From the NCBI RefSeq assembly GCF_009914755.1, contig NC_060938.1: a DNA stretch of 64,000 nt. One strand, written 5' to 3'. This stretch comes from the human T2T-CHM13v2.0 reference genome, Homo sapiens. Below, piece by piece: positions 62,508-64,000 of the stretch. The position numbers and the translations under genes were made by a program. The notes beneath the pieces are model-generated. The model was given only the letters and a program-made list of their open reading frames with translations. It was not told the origin of the DNA and did no database searches. Each line of letters starts with the position of its first letter. The stretch's first letter is position 1.

Positions 62508-62742
62508 TTATTTGTATCTCTCCTATTACAATGATCAGGTTCTGCTAGTTATTAAAATGACTTGTGAATGTGTTTTATCCTCCTTATTTAGGATATAAAC
62601 TCTCCAAAGAAAAGGACAGGGGCTTAGTCATCTTTCTATCCAAAAGAAGATTAAATATGGTAAGCTCATTTCTATCTCACAAATATTTACTCAGCACTGG
62701 GTGGTGGGAACTGAGCTAGGCACTCAACAAAGGTTTATCTCA

Positions 62743-63096
<354 letters not shown>

Positions 63097-64000
63097 AAAA
63101 TCAGGAGTTTCAGTTATGTTCGTCCATAAGGGCAACAGCTTGGGCATGAACCTTAGCATTCTATTCAAGTTACTATATGCATAGTTATTAGCGACAGTCT
63201 ACCAGTTACTAAACAGTATGATTATCCCTTTTGAGTTTCCTACCAACCTACTACTTCATTTCTAAGTTTCAATTTAAAATTTTATTCAGAGATCCTTGGA
63301 GATGATTGCCATTATCATTCTAGAGTGAAATCAGTTGTTCAAAGTTAATTGAGATCTCTATACGTACAGAATTGACACATTTAAAAAATAGATATTTTTT
63401 AAAGGTATACAGCCAATGTTAGTCAATGTTTCTATGCTGTCTGCTCTGGGAACTCTAGCTGCAGAGACCAAGAGCGACCATAGCCATCTTTTAGAAGAGG
63501 AAGGCTAATGAATTAAGAAAAAATGTACACAGAAAGTCAGGTAGACATTAACCAGAAAGAATTTAGTATCACTGGGTTACCCCTCATTCAGTTGTCTGAT
63601 ATATAAATTCTAAGTTTAAATTAAATGAAAGGCTTACATATCTATCTAATCCATGATGCATGTGGAAATTTTCTATAATACTCTATGGCAAATTTGAACA
63701 TTTTTTGAGAAAAAAATTAAGTATGTAATGTTGAGTCGTTATAACTTTGTTCTAAAAATAAATGCGAAAAAGTGAAACATAAACAATTATAAAGACTTAG
63801 AAGAACAGAAAAAAATTATTTGTTTACCTCCATTTTGTTACTTCAGTTTGTGCTAATAAAAATTTAAAAACAGCTGAATTGTGGCTACCTATTATGAAAT
63901 ATTCATTAGGCAAAACAAAACAGAACAAAAACCTAACTACAGGTTTGAAAAATGATACCATGGGCCCAATAGAATGGTTTATAACATAAAGTTAAATTCT

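Overview
Human genomic DNA; the human assignment rests on an AluYb8 insertion. The window lies inside the minus-strand gene TXNDC16 (ERp90, a non-catalytic PDI-family ER protein). Ten consecutive coding exons (59522 down to 3290) splice with canonical GT-AG boundaries and consistent phases into one open frame of 1069 nt. By my recollection these are roughly exons 5-14 and residues ~82-437; the start and stop lie outside the window. The rest is intronic and mostly transposable elements: a full-length, dead L1PA4-like element with TSDs and a nested AluYb8, older L1s, ~20 Alus/monomers, MaLR/ERV LTRs and DNA transposons. Less ordinary features are a ~2.6 kb AT-rich palindromic minisatellite complex, an unidentified mRNA-3'UTR-like retrocopy, three short dispersed duplications with copies ~2 kb apart, a duplicated splice donor that would add a premature stop, and a doubly used L1 endonuclease site. 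I found no convincing wholly new biological system. Nearly all ORF-track entries are repeat-derived or spurious.
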